Assembly (NCBI GenBank): GCA_963751455.1 | Contig: CAVVUN010000012.1 | Coordinates: 384,001 to 448,000 of the forward strand | Direction: 5' to 3' | Length of the DNA stretch: 64,000 nucleotides | Source of the DNA: Nitrospirota bacterium | Lineage (GTDB): Bacteria > Nitrospirota > UBA9217 | Shown: positions 43,030 to 56,400 of the stretch, piece after piece | Layout: every line of letters begins with the position of its first letter | Position numbering within the stretch: the first letter of the stretch is position 1 | Notes under the pieces: generated by a model | What the model was told of the DNA's origin: nothing | The model's database searches: none | What the model saw: only the letters and a program-made list of their open reading frames with translations | Position numbers and translations under genes: made by a program

Positions 43030-43749
43030 ATGCTCATCCTATTTGATGACCTCGGTACGTTATTCTCGCTCGATAAAGTAAGAAAGAGATTTATCGTTGC
43101 CGGTATTGAGGAAGCACTGGCGGATTACTGGATTATGAAGTTGGGACAGGCAATGATGGCTTCATCGCTTGCAGGCAAGTATATTCCCTTCAGGGACCTG
43201 GCGTACTCCACCTTGAAGCATCTCTTTGCGGCTGAAAATATCAGCGAACGGTACGTCGATGACACGCTGGACAGCCTGGAGGAAATAGAGCCTTTCGACG
43301 ATGCGGCTGAATGCCTTCGCTCGCTTCGCTCCGATGGGCATCGTCTCGCTGTTCTGACGAACTTTGCGTACGACGACGCCGAACGGCTGCTGCGCCGGTC
43401 CGGATTAAAGAAAGAGTTCCATAGAATATATTCCGCGGATGATGCAAAAGCGTGCAAGCCGAATCCCTCGATTCATCAAATAGTGTTCCGGACAATGTTC
43501 ACTGCTCCCTACGACTGTTGCGTGGTGTCAGCGCACGACTGGGAGATCATGGGCGCTGAAGCGGCCGGCATGAACGGCGTCTATGTAAACCGTATTGAAG
43601 GGCTGTTTCCCTTTCCCGAGAGGCCATCGCTCATTGTTCCATGCCTGCGGGATGTGCCCGGGTTGATCTCAAAAGAGTTCGGGAAGCCGGCTGTTGCGGA
43701 CGAGACGGGTTTTGAAGGAGAACGTATAAAAAGATATGGACGGGCGTAA
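43030..43749 (+). CDS. HAD-family hydrolase, 2-haloacid dehalogenase-like
   Basis: GGAGG RBS, LFDDLGTLF motif I, VLTN, CKPNP, SAHDWEIMGA. Confidence 0.82.
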   Translation: MLILFDDLGTLFSLDKVRKRFIVAGIEEALADYWIMKLGQAMMASSLAGKYIPFRDLAYSTLKHLFAAENISERYVDDTLDSLEEIEPFDDAAECLRSLRSDGHRLAVLTNFAYDDAERLLRRSGLKKEFHRIYSADDAKACKPNPSIHQIVFRTMFTAPYDCCVVSAHDWEIMGAEAAGMNGVYVNRIEGLFPFPERPSLIVPCLRDVPGLISKEFGKPAVADETGFEGERIKRYGRA

Positions 43750-43864
43750 TTCAAAGCGAGGCGCAGAGTACGCGGCTCCCTTTTCCTTTGCATTGTGTAA
43801 TAGTATTATGCCGCTGAATGGCATTCAAATTAATCGCTTCTTGTTCAGCGTGCCTTTTAATGCC

Positions 43865-44359
43865 TTACTTTATCTCCGCTGTTAATTCCGCGGTAAGTCC
43901 GCTTATTACGTTCCCGCCCACGTCCGATGCTGAGAAATTAACAAGGCTGAAATCAGTACTTTTCGGCGAATGCCCTTCAGCGATATTTCCGTTCACCGAG
44001 CAAAACTGTCCGGTCGAGAACCCGTTCCCAGTCGCGACCAGGACCCGGACTCTTCCGGGTATACTGCTTGTGGCCGCAGTATAGACGGCAGTGATCGTGG
44101 CATATGAAGCAATGTCCGAAAGCGTTATGACATTGCTGTCAATGTAAGGAGGATTCGTGCTTTTGAGCGTTACTCCCGAAGCAAGATTCACGGTCACGTC
44201 AATGCCGTAGATGGTTGTATCGGTTCCGGAGGTTATCAGTTTCAATGTTGCCTTGGTCATCACAGCCGGCGTGCCGGCCCCGGTTCCTCCGTTGCCGCAA
44301 GCGGAGAGGGCTGACATAAGGACAAAAAATATAGTTATGAGTTGCGCGATTTTTTTCAC
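43865..44359 (-). CDS. Lipoprotein with putative cohesin-like beta-sandwich
   Basis: GGAGGG RBS, GTG at 44359, lipobox LSAC. Beta-strand pattern IYGIDVTVNL / GRVRVLVA / GQFCSVN / FSASDVGGN. Lies 50 bp downstream of a dockerin-tailed gene. Confidence 0.65.
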   Translation of the reverse strand: MKKIAQLITIFFVLMSALSACGNGGTGAGTPAVMTKATLKLITSGTDTTIYGIDVTVNLASGVTLKSTNPPYIDSNVITLSDIASYATITAVYTAATSSIPGRVRVLVATGNGFSTGQFCSVNGNIAEGHSPKSTDFSLVNFSASDVGGNVISGLTAELTAEIK

Positions 44360-44409
44360 ATAACCCTCCGTTTGTTCAAATAATTGATATTCTGATGCTG
44401 ATCCCTGTC

Positions 44410-47400
44410 TCACCAACTCCCCAGCCCCACTGCTTTCCTCAATATCACCACCACGTCGCCGATATCGATCTTGCCGTCAGGAGTCGGCGTATTGTTCACA
44501 ATCGGCGCAACGTCTCCGCGTGACTGTTCACTTGCGGATGCCGTGTCGATCCCCGCGGCTATCCTGAGCGCTTTGAGCGCGTCAGCCACATCCACGTCAC
44601 CGTCTGCGTCGAGATCCCCGAGTTTAATATAGATGATGTTTCTGGTAACGCTGCTCGTGTTTCCTGCTTCGTCCGTGGCCGTTACGTTAATCGTATATGC
44701 ACCTTCTGCAGGCAAAACGATTGTCTGGCTGAAAGTTCCTGCTGTGACTGTCGGTGTATATGTTGCTGTTCCTATGCTGACCAGGACCGCCGAGGTAGTC
44801 AGAGTATCCGAAACCGTACCCGTTATCGTCACTGTCGGCGCAGTCACGATTGTATCCTGCGCCGGAATGGTCACCGCAAGGCTGGGAGCAGCCGGGTCGT
44901 AGATGACTGTGCGCTTGCCGGATGACGTGTTTCCTGCCGGGTCGGTTGCCGTAATATCGATGGTGTTCATGCCTGGTGCGAGATTCACGTCCGCGCTGAA
45001 GCCGTTCGCTGTCATGGCTGCGGTGATAGTCGTGGTGCCGTCACATATCAGCACGCTCTGCACCGCCTCATCGACCGTGCCGGTGACCGAGGACACGAGC
45101 TGGTTCGTGAAGCTGTTGTCAGCAGGAGAGGTGATCGTAAGGCCCGGCGCTGATTGATCGAGCGTGATAACGCGAGAATCGGTTGCGGTGTTCCCCGCAA
45201 GGTCCGTGGCCATTGTGGTGATGGTGTTCGAGCCAGGATTGAGTGTTACGAAAAGGCTGAAGCTGTTATCGGGCTGAACCGTGACGCTCTGGCCGCTCAC
45301 CACAAGACCCTGGATGCCGCCGCTGTCAATGGCCGTGCCCGAGATATTCAGAGTCTGGCTTTTCGTGACGCTCGCGTCTGCAAGAGTGGAGAGTGTGAGA
45401 ACCGGCGCGGTTAGATCTATGATCCAGCTCGCTGTTGTAGCCGCTTGTTCGGGCTGCCAGTTGCCGGCAGCGTCCTTGCCGATTACGGATACGCTGTGGC
45501 TGCCCTCCGCTAACCCGATGGAACTAAAGGCGATTGCCGTCGAAGTCTCGGCAGAGTAGTTTCCATTATCGAATGCGTACCGGTATGACACGACATTGGT
45601 CCCGTTGACCGTAAGCACTACAGTCGTTTGATTTGTCACTGCCTGAGGTACGCCGGAAAGGGTCGCTGTCGCTGCAACGGTGTCAAGGACGATGACCGCG
45701 GTCGCGTTTGTCTGGTTTCCCGCAGTGTCGATTGCAATGGCTGTGATGCTGTTGCTCCCTTCGGTCATGTTTGTAATGTCAGCCTGCCAGGTCGTTGCTG
45801 TGGGATAGGACACAATCCCGACAGCCGCCGTGGGACAGGTCACGGAGATTGTCGCCCCTTGTTCCATAGTCCCACTCATGGTCTGGCTGTTTTCGTTTGT
45901 GGGCGAAGCGACGGTGTTCACCGTGACTGTGGGAGCGGTCGAATCGAAAATGATGTTCCTCGTTGCTGTCATGGAGTTCCCTGCCTGATCTGTGGCCGTG
46001 ACCGTGATCGTATTTGTCCCTGGCGTCATATTCGTAATGTCAACCTGCCATGTGGTCGCCGTGGGATTGCTCACAAAGCCGACGGAAGCCGTGGAGCAGG
46101 TAATAAGCATGCTGACAGCGGCCGTGTCGCTGATTGTTCCGCTCACCGTGAAGCTCGCTTGGCTGGTTCTCGTATCCTGGTTCGGACTTGTGATGGCAAG
46201 CGCCGGGCTTACGTTATCATACGTTACCGTCCGCTTCACGCTTGTGGTATTGCCGGCAAGGTCCGTTACCGTGATATCGAGCGTATTGATTCCGTCGATC
46301 AGCGTCGCCGTATAGGTGAAGCTTGTACCGGTCATGATTGCGTAGGCCGGACTGCCGGTGTTGACTGCGATGCTGACTGTCGTGTTCTCTTCAACGGTAC
46401 CCGTTACCGCGGACAGCACTTCATTGGTTATGCTGCTGTCAGCAGGTCCGGTGACAAAGAGAGCCGGAGCTGTCTCATCGAGCGAAATAGTCCTCGTATC
46501 CGTGGTCGTGTTGCCTGCAGCGTCCGTTGCGATGGCTTCGATAATATTTGGTCCGGCCTGAAGAGTAATCGAATGGCTGAAGCTTCCACCTGCTCCCAGG
46601 GTTACTACCTCGGCCAGTGTCTGGTGGCGTACAACCAGGGACTGGACAGCGATATTATCCGTGACCGTACCCGTTAAATTCAGAACAGGATTGTTAGTGT
46701 AGCTGTTACGTGCCAGCGTCGAGACAGTAAGCGAAGGTATCGTCCCATCAATTATATAAACCTCAGTACTTGCCACACCGGCATTGCCTGCCATATCCAG
46801 AGCGAAAAACTTCAGTGTTGTGTCAGCTGCTATGGCGATCGGGGCCGTGTACAGGGTGGAACTGATTGTCGGGATATCCCCGTTCGCGGTGTAGTAGATG
46901 GCGCTGTCTGTTGCTGAAAGAGTGACATTCTTTGTTGTGTTGAACAATCCTCCTGAAGGAGTCGCGGTGCCGGTCGGCGCTATGGTGTCCATTATCCACG
47001 CGTACTGCGCCGGAGATTCGTCCGTATTGCCGGCCTGGTCAATTGCACGCACAAAGAAGAGATGGCTGCCTTCGGACAGGGTTGTGTAGGTCATGGGGCT
47101 TATGCAGGACGAGTAACTCCCGGTGTCCAGCCTGCACTCAAAACTCCCTGCCTCTGTTAAGGTAAACGTGAAGGTAGCTGCGGCCGAGTTGATGATACTC
47201 GCGGGCCCCGTGCTGATGGCAGTGTCCGGCCTTGTAATATCAAGAACGATTGATGCGGAGACCGCGGAGGAGAGATTCCCGGTATTGTCGGTTGCAGTGA
47301 CCGAAACCGAATTCGCTCCCGGAGTGAGCGTTGTAAGCATGGCCTGCCATGTCGTTGTTGACGGATAACTTACCGGTCCGACTGTTGCGGTGGAACAAAC

Positions 47401-50400
47401 AATGTCAACCGTGCTTCCCGGCTCCATTGTGCCCGTGATCGCCTGGGTCTCCTGGTTCGTGGGCGACGATATGGGATTAATGGTGATCGCTGACGGTGTT
47501 ATGTCATAAATAATGTTGCGCTGCACAATCGTGGTATTGTCCGCGCTGTCCGTTGCGGTCACAATGACGGCATAGGTCTTCTCTGTGCTGAAGGTAACCG
47601 TCTGCTCGAACGCTCCCGCAGTGACAGTGGGGGTGGATACTGTTCCGTCAATGTTGACCGTTACCACGATGCCGGTCATGTCCGTGACAGTTCCCTTGAG
47701 CAGATAGCTGTTCTGGTTTGCCCTGATATCCTGGTTCGGGTCCGTTATTGCCAGGGACGGACCTTGATTGTCAAACGTTACCGTTCGCTTTGCTGTTGAG
47801 GTATTTCCGGCAAGGTCCGTAGCAAGGATGTCGATGGTGTTTTCGCCGGAAGCGAGGTTAATTGTGGCGGTAAAGCTGCTTCCGATCACTTCCGCATTGA
47901 TCGTTGTGGTCCCGATTGAGACAAGCACGCTCTGCACGCTCTCGTCCACGGTGCCGGTGATAGTTGAAATAATCTCGTTGGTAATGCTGTTGTCCGCGGG
48001 AGCAGTGACCGTGAGACTCGGGGCTGCCTCATCGAGAGTGATTGTTCTCGTGTCCGTTGTCATATTGCCCGCAGCGTCAGCTGCAATAGTTTCAATAGTG
48101 TTTGCGCCGGACTGAAGCGTTATTGAATGGCTGAAGCTTCCGCCCGCTCCCGTGGTTACTACCTCCGTCAATGTCTGGCGGCTTACAAGCAAGGCCTCGA
48201 AAGCGATATCATCCGTGGCCGTACCCGTCAGGTTCAAAACCGGGTTGTTGGTGTAGCTGCCGTCCGCCAGCGTCGAGAGCATGAGCGACGGTACAACCTC
48301 GTCAAAGGTGACTATGCGGGTATCCGTTATCGAATTACCCTGAAGGTCCGTTGCGATCGTCGTAATGGTGTTCGATCCGGTCGCAAGGGTAATCACATGG
48401 ACGAAGGTGTTATCGGTGTTTACCGTAATTGTGGTCCCGCTTATGACCAGGCTCTGAAGACCGCCATTGTCCGAGACCCGTCCTTCGATGTTCGGGGTCT
48501 GATTATTCGTGATGCTGTCGCTGGCGGGAGTGGAAACCATCAGAGCGGGCGCGGTACTATCGATGAAGCTGGCCGCAACAGTGCAGTCTTCGGTAATCAG
48601 GCCGGTTGTGTATATGTCCGGACCGGTCAAGGTCCCGCTGCAACCTGAAACCAGCGCAACGCTGTAGCCGGGAGCAGCGATCACCGTGAACGAGGTCGCG
48701 GTGTTATAAGGCACGACCTGGTCCGTGCTGATACTCCCGTTCGGTCCGGCTGATGTCGAGACAGTAAAGGTGTCGATCGCGAATGCCGCTATGATCGTGT
48801 GGTCCGTTGTTACGTTGGTGAAGGTATAGCTGTTCACCGGACCGATTGGGACATCGTCCACAAGCACATCCGCTATGTGATAGTTTGCCGAAGCCGTGAT
48901 CGTATAAACGTGGTCCGAGCCATAGTTCGCGGCAAGATTCCCTGCGGGGCTTATGCCGCCGCCCGATCCCGTGGAAGCGCTGATAATGCGGGTGTCGCTC
49001 GCGAACGTCGCACTTATCGTATTAGTCGTTGTTACGTTGGTGAAGATAAAGCTGTTCACCGGACCGACCGAGAAGCCGTTTACCAGCACATCGGCAACAT
49101 GGTAGTTCGCCGAAGGCGTGATCGTAAACGCCTGGCTGCCTTCATAGTTGACCGGCACATCTCCTGCCGGGCTTATGGCTCCATTCGTTCCTGTTGAAGC
49201 AGTGATCGTGCGAGTGTCGATCGAGAATGTCGCGCTTATCGTATGGTCCGCTGTTATATCGGTGAATGTATGGCCGGCCGCCAGTCCCACCGAGACGCTG
49301 TCGACAAGAATATCCGCTACATGGTAGTTTTCGGAAGGCGTGATGGTAAACGTCTGACTCCCTCCTTTATTGACCACAACGGTCGCACCCGGGCTGATGC
49401 TGCCGCCCGGTCCGGCGGACGGCGCCAGCGCGTAGTTGTCCTCGGCGAAGACGGCACTGATCGAATGGTCCGCCTCTACCGGGTTAAAGGTGTAACTGGT
49501 CACCGGCCCCACCGGGACCCCGTCTATCAGCACCGTGCTGATGAAGTACCCGTCGCCCGGGGCGATGGTGAAGGTCCTGTTCCCTCCGTCATCGATTGAA
49601 ACAGCATCGGGAGGATCAATGCTTCCGCCGGTAGAAGCCGACGGAAGCAATGACCACGTCTGCAGACTTGCCGAGCAGGAAGCTGTGCTTCCGTCATACT
49701 GGCCGCTGCAGGACCAGGACCACGGGTGGCCGGAACCGCTCACCGGAGACGCTTCCCCCATGACACAGAGGTCATCAACCGTTTCAGCCGCCGTTAATGT
49801 CCGGCCGTGGTCCGCTCCGCAGACGCCGTTTATTGGATCGTGGGCGAAGCGTACTATAATCGTATGGTTGGCTGAAACCGTTTCAAAGATGTAATGGTAC
49901 AGGCCCTTTTGACACGCCGTCGATCAGCACATCCGCCACGTGGTATCCCGGATCAGGCGAGAAGCAAACGGCGGAGAGAGCGCTCGGCCATCCACCACGA
50001 CAATGCCTGCCGGGGAGAGCGCTTCCTCCGCCGTCGACGCTCGCATTCAAGCACGATAAGTCCACTGGATCGATTTGCTCACGGATTCAATCATTCCCGC
50101 AGTGTTTTCCCCGGGCCTTGAGATAGAAACTGTTCCCGACGAGGAACTGATAATGCCCGTCGGTCCGCAGCCAGCTCCCATGCTCCGCCCGGGTGCGGCA
50201 GTTTAAACCCGGGGCCAAGGGGTGACCAGGCAGCGCCAGCATAAGAGAACCACACTTCGGAGATTTCCGGAGCTGTGCCGCTTCTCATCCAGGTGATCTT
50301 TTGCCGTTAACGGTGACCGACAGGCGCTGCTCCGCCGGAGAGGTGGCGTGCACGCGCGCGATCCGGCCCCTGGACATCCCGCCGATAGATGTGAAAGCGC

Positions 50401-53400
50401 CTCCCACAACCGCCCTGCCGTCGGACTGGATGGCGATTGATCGGACCTCGACGGGATCACTGGCCGGGATCATAGGTCGCATCAAGAGAACCGTCCGGAT
50501 GCAGCCGGGCTATGCCGTTTCTCGTCGTCCCGCTTATGGAGGTAAATAATCCGCCCGCTATGATTTTCCCGTCCGCCTGCAGGGCCAGGGAATTAACGAT
50601 CCCACCAGCGGCGTTCGGGTTGAAACCAGTATCCAGATATCCATAGGGATAAAGCCGCGCGATGCGGTTTATTGTGTAAGTCTGGCCGCTGCACACAATA
50701 GAGGTGAAGTCCCCTCCGATGAGGATCATGCCGTCAGACTGCTTCGCAATCGTTCGGACCTCGCCTTTCACCCTTGCAAAGAAATTGGGGGCAACAGACC
50801 CGTGAAGAATCAAGACGGATAAGCCCGCCCAACGAACTGGTCGGGGAAGTGTAGAAGTTTGTTCCACCGAGAAGAATTCCGTCACTCCCAGGCGGAGACT
50901 GGGTGACTATCGAATTTATCGGTCCGGTCAGCCTCGGCTGATACGGTGGATTAATGCCATCGTTTATCCCTTCCCCAAACTGCAGCAGGGAGGAGAGATT
51001 GAAGCCCTCATCAATCCTGCCGTCATCAAAGATACGGGCAATACCCGGCCTCTGTATCCCGTTGATGGTAGAAAAATCCCCTCCAACGAGGATATTGCCG
51101 CTCATTTCAAAGGCGCCTGCCCGTACAGAAGCAATCATCGGGGGAGTGATAAAAATGTTAGGAGCCGAGAAGCCGGAAACATGGCTGCCGTCCTCATCCA
51201 ATCGGTCGATGCCTTGCCTTGCCACAAGAATTTTGCCGTCGCTCCGGACAACAGTGGCGTAAACAGGACCAGGCACGACCGGGGTTGAAAGCCGTCGTCC
51301 ACGCTCCCATTCTCATGGAAACGGGCCATGCCGTTTCTATCACGCCGGCGAGGAGGTAAACTCTCCGCCGACAATGATTTTGCCGTCCGCCTGGATGGCC
51401 GTGGAATTCACCGCCTGGTCCGCATTCGGATTGAATGCCGTCTCCATGCGTCCGTCCGGGTAGAGGCGGGCGATATATTCCTTTGACGCGCCGCCGAAGG
51501 CAGTGAAGTCTCCGCCTACGAGGACTTTCCGTCCGGCTGGACAACGAGCGCGATTCAGGACCATTCGCATTATAGTTCGGGGGCCGTCCGGTTCGAAAGT
51601 CGTATCGAAACTAGGCCGTTCTGATGCAAACAACGAGGCGATTTGTCAATATTTCTGTTCGCTGATGACCATGGAGGTAAACTCACCGGCTACGATTATT
51701 TTACCGTCCGACTGAAGGGAAACCGCCTAAACTGCTGGTATTTGACGTCGAAGGAGCATCAAGAACTGCCGGGGAGAATGTGATTCCTGACTCCCGTCCT
51801 GATTCAGCCGGACGAATGCAGCGCGCGTCTTGCCGACAAGGATCTTGCCGTCAGGCTGAAGGGTTATGGAGTAGACGCATCGGCGCTGTCGAGTGAAATC
51901 AGTATTGAAGCCGCTGTCTACGGTTCCATCCTGGTTCAGTCGGGCGAGGCGATATCTTGTCGGCCGTGACCGAAGAAAACAGCCCCCCTACCAAAATCTT
52001 GCCGTCAGGCTGGACGCGACTGCCCGGACCTCCCCATCTGCGATCGGCTCGAAACCGGTATCCAGCGAGTCATCCGTGTTCAGCCTGGCGATAAAGCGCC
52101 TCTCTTGATCTCGAACCATGTTGAACCCCCCCCGACAACGATCTTGCCGTCCGGCTGGAGGGCCAGGGTCTCACCGTCAAAAACGGGAGCAAAGGCCGTA
52201 TCCGGCGGGCCGTCCGGATTGAGCCGCATGAGGCCAACAGCTTTTAATAAGTATCTTGCCATCCGGCTGGACCGCCAGGAGGACGAGGCCCCATGGGGTC
52301 TTCGAACATAAATGTGGTATCGAGGGTCCCGTTTTGATGAAGCCGGGCCAGGCCGTTTCGACGCAGAGGCTGCCCGCTTAGGGCCCGAATGTCGCCCCGC
52401 CGACAATAATCTTCCCGTCGGGCTGGACGACGACGCCGGTCACAGCACGATCGGCCTCGGGATAAAAGCCCGTATCGATAAGCGATGCGGCCGCTTTGGG
52501 GGTAAAGGTGGCGGCGATGGTATGGCTGGCGTTGACATTATAGAAGTTGTAACGGGTCACCGGCCCCACGGAAAAACCGTCCACCCGAACATCCGCGACT
52601 TGATAACCAGGCTCCGGAATAATGCCGAAACACCATGTCTCGCCGTGGTTCACCACCATGGGATTATCTTCCTCCGGGAAAATGGACCCGCCCGCGCCTG
52701 CCGAGCGGGTCAGGGTATAGGTGTTGACGGCAAAACTCGCAATGAACGTGTGGCTGTCTTCTATGTTAGAGAACGTATGGCTGTTCACGACGCCCACGGA
52801 AGCATCATCGACCTTCACATCGGTAATGTGGTAACCTTCAGAGGGTATGATGGTAAACGTCTTATTCGACCCGTGGTTCACCGATACCTCTCCTGCCGGG
52901 CTGATCGCCCCTCCTGCCCGCTCGCTCCCTGTTGATGCGCTTATTACATACGTCTGGATCGCGGCTGAGCAGTTGGCGCTGTTGCCGCCGAAACTGCCGT
53001 TGCAGGTCCAGGTCCAGGCGTTGCTCAAAGTGGAAGCGGACCCCGCGGCGCAAAGCTCCGTGGGAGGCGACGTCAAGCCGGTCCTGCCGTGGTCCGTCCC
53101 GCACGCGCCGGTGACGAGACTGCCGAAGGCGGCCGTGATCGTGTGGTTGGTGACAACGTTGCTGAAGGTGTAACTGGTCGCCGTCCCTGCAGACACTGCC
53201 GAAGTCACGCCGTCAACATGCACTTCCGCGCCATATCCGGCATCAGGTGTGATGGTAAACGTCTGGTCCTTTCCCCTTTCGACGACGACCGTCCCGGCCG
53301 GACTGATCACACCGTTCGCGCCCGCGGAAGCATTCAGAGTATAGGGAACCAGGAAAATATTCCGCACGGATTCCAGCACGGAGTCGCCGGCATTGTTGAT

Positions 53401-56400
53401 GCCCCCGTAAGTCCTCCCCAGCGCCTTGATGTAGTAATTGGCGTTTGCGGGAAGGCTCAAGCCGCTCGCGAGTTCCCAACCGCCCGTCATCCTCGTCCCG
53501 TTCCCGAGGCTGGTCCATTCAGCCGAGTTCGCAGAGCCATAGAACACCACTCCGTGAACTTCCGGACCGGCGCCGCTTCTCGTCCAGGTTATCCGGCTGC
53601 CGCTTGCATCGGCTGAAAGATTTTGCGATTCCGCTTCACTATTGGCAAGACGGACCGCATACTGCTGGGCCTGACCGCCCACAAAGGTGAAAGCCCCGCC
53701 GGCAATGACTTTTCCGCCCTGCTGCACTGCAACGGAGTAGATGGTATTGTCCGCATCGAGATCAAAGGCATTATCGAGCGAGCCGTCACTGTTGAACCGG
53801 GCAAGCCGGTACCTGAGCTGCCCGCCCATGGAAATGAAGGCTCCTCCAACCATGATCCTGCCGTCGGTCCGGATGGCGATGGAGTAGACCACGTCATCGG
53901 CGTTCGGGTTGAAATCCGGGTCGAGGGTCCCATCACTGTTCAGTCGGGCGAGGCGATTTCTCGTGACCCCGTTAATCGTCGTGAAAGCACCTCCCAGCAG
54001 GATCTTCCCGTCCGGTAGAACGGCGATGACATGGACGGTCCCGTTTATGCCTGGAGCCAGGGTGTCGAGGGACCCGTCGGGATTCAGGCGGGCGAGACGA
54101 TTTCTTGCTTCTCCGCCAATTTCCGTGAAATCGCCCCCCACAAGGATGTTTCCGTCGGTCTGGACCGCGACGCTATAGACAGTACCGTTCACGCCGGGAT
54201 TAAACGCATCATCAACAGTCCCATCCTCATTCAGGCGGGCGAAGCGATTTCTTGTCGTCCGGCTCTCGATGCCCTGATGATTGACGACCTGATACGTGCT
54301 GAAGTAAGTAAACTCTCCTCCCACCAGGATCTTACCGTTCGTCTGAGCGGTCACGCTATGGACAATGCCGTTCACGCTGGGAGCAAAGGGGACATCCATG
54401 GACAAGTCGGAATTCAGGCGGGCGAGACGGTTCCTGGGGTGATAGCCTATCTTGGTGAACTCCCCTCCCAGCACTATCTTTCCATTCGCCTGGATTGACA
54501 TGGACCGGACCGGGCCATTCGCCTCGGGTCTTATGCCAAGTTCGGGGGTTCCATCCTGGCCGAGCCGTACCAACCGGGAATAGCTGGACCCACCCACGGA
54601 AGTAAAAGTTCCTCCCATCAGGATCTTCCATCCGCCTGGACAACAGTTGAGTAGACCTTGCCGTTCGCATTCCGGGCAAAGGCCGCATCAGGTGCTTCAA
54701 CAGGTCCCATCCGGGTTGTAGCGGGTGACCTTGTCCCTTCTGCCAACCAGGATACTGCCGTCCTGCTGGATAGCCAGAGAATAAGCGCTATCGTCGTTCG
54801 TGAAGGAAGTGAAGGATCGATCGAGCCTTCCGTCCGGGTGAAGGCGGGCAGTACGCATCCTCTCGGCCCCATTGACCGAGCTGAACCTCCCGCCGATCAG
54901 GATCCTGCCGTCCGGCTGGAGGACCGTGCAGGAGACATTGTCGTTCAGCTGCACTCCAAAATCTCCATCGATAGAGCCATTCGTATTAAGACGGGCGATA
55001 TACCAGTTCCCGCTGCTGCCGATGTTTCGGAAATCTCCTCCGACAATGATTTTACCATCAGGCTGGATGGTTATCGTACGGACAATACCGTGTCCATCGA
55101 GATCGAATGCGGCGTCGATGGTCCCATCCTGATTCAGGCGGGCAATGTTGTTCCTCGTTTGTGCGCCAACCGAGGTAAAGCTGCCGCCGGCGATGATTTT
55201 TCCGTCGGGCTGGATGGCTACGGCATGGACAGTGCCGTTCATGTTCGGATTGAATTCCGCATCCAGGGTGCCGTTCTTATTCAGCCTGGCAAGGCGGTTC
55301 CTCGTTTGCCCGTCGACGGAGGTGAAGCTCCCGCCCACGATGATCTTTCCGTCCGGCTGGATGGCCACTGCCTGGACCCGGTATCTGGCGTCAGGTCTGT
55401 AGAAGGTGGAATCCACGGTACCGTTCCCGTTGAGCCGTGCGATGGAGTATCCGAATTCGCCGCCCAGGAAACCGAAATCTCCGCCCACAATGATCTTTCC
55501 ATCGTCGGGCTGTATGGCCAGCGCAAAAACTCCGCCGCCGTAGGCATCGGGGTTAAAGGTTGTATCCAGGGCGCCGTCAACGTTAAGACGTGCAATGTAA
55601 TTCCTGGACTGTGCGCTCACGGAGGTAAAATTCCCTCCCATGACGATTTTCCCGTCGGCCTGAATGGCCATGGCGTTGATGAAACCATTTGTCGCAACCT
55701 GGCTGAAGCCGGCGCCGGTGACGGCATTAGTCGGATTCGGCGCGAACCGGACGGTTATGTCGTGCTTTTCCGTGACCACCACGGTGTAGGTGGCATGGGT
55801 TGCCAGCGCCCCGGCCAGCGCGCCCACGGGAACGCCGTTGTCCCGCAGGTCCGCAATGTGATAGCCCGCATCAGGGGTTATGGTATAGATCACTGTCTGC
55901 CCGTGATCGATGAAAACAGGTTCGTCGGGACTGATGCTGCCGTGCGTGGGCGACCCGGCTGAATAGAGAGTGGACGCATTAAGCGTGTAGGTGTTGAGCT
56001 CAAAACGGGCGGTGATCGTCTGGCTGGTAGCTATGTTGCTGAAGGTATAACTGGCAGCCGATATCACGGACATGGTATTGCTGAGCGCCGTGAACACGGA
56101 ATCGCCGAGCTCGGCCATCACGGACACGACGGAAGTTGCGGTCAATCCACTGACCAGAACGTCCTTTATGTGATAGCCCGCAGCGGCCGTTATGCGGTAT
56201 GCCTGGGTCGCATCATGAATTAAAATTCTGGTCCCTTCCGGGTTGATGCTGCCGTTGGCAGCGGCGGTGGCGGTCATGTTATGGAGCGTTTGCAAAGACT
56301 CAACGAGGGACGAAGAGGCATTATTATACCCCCCGTGTGTCCTCCCTTGTGCCTTGATGTAATAGTCGGTTCCCGTTCTGGGAAGATTCTGCCCGCCAAG

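Noticed and set aside
4371-54700. Many split genes read as pseudogenes or programmed frameshifts
   Set aside because: Breaks are scattered single-base indels, often extra bases, in unrelated genes whose motifs are otherwise intact. They cluster in garbled patches (49.8-52.4 kb) with no consistent slippery sites. Long-read consensus error is most likely, and read mapping is needed to be sure.
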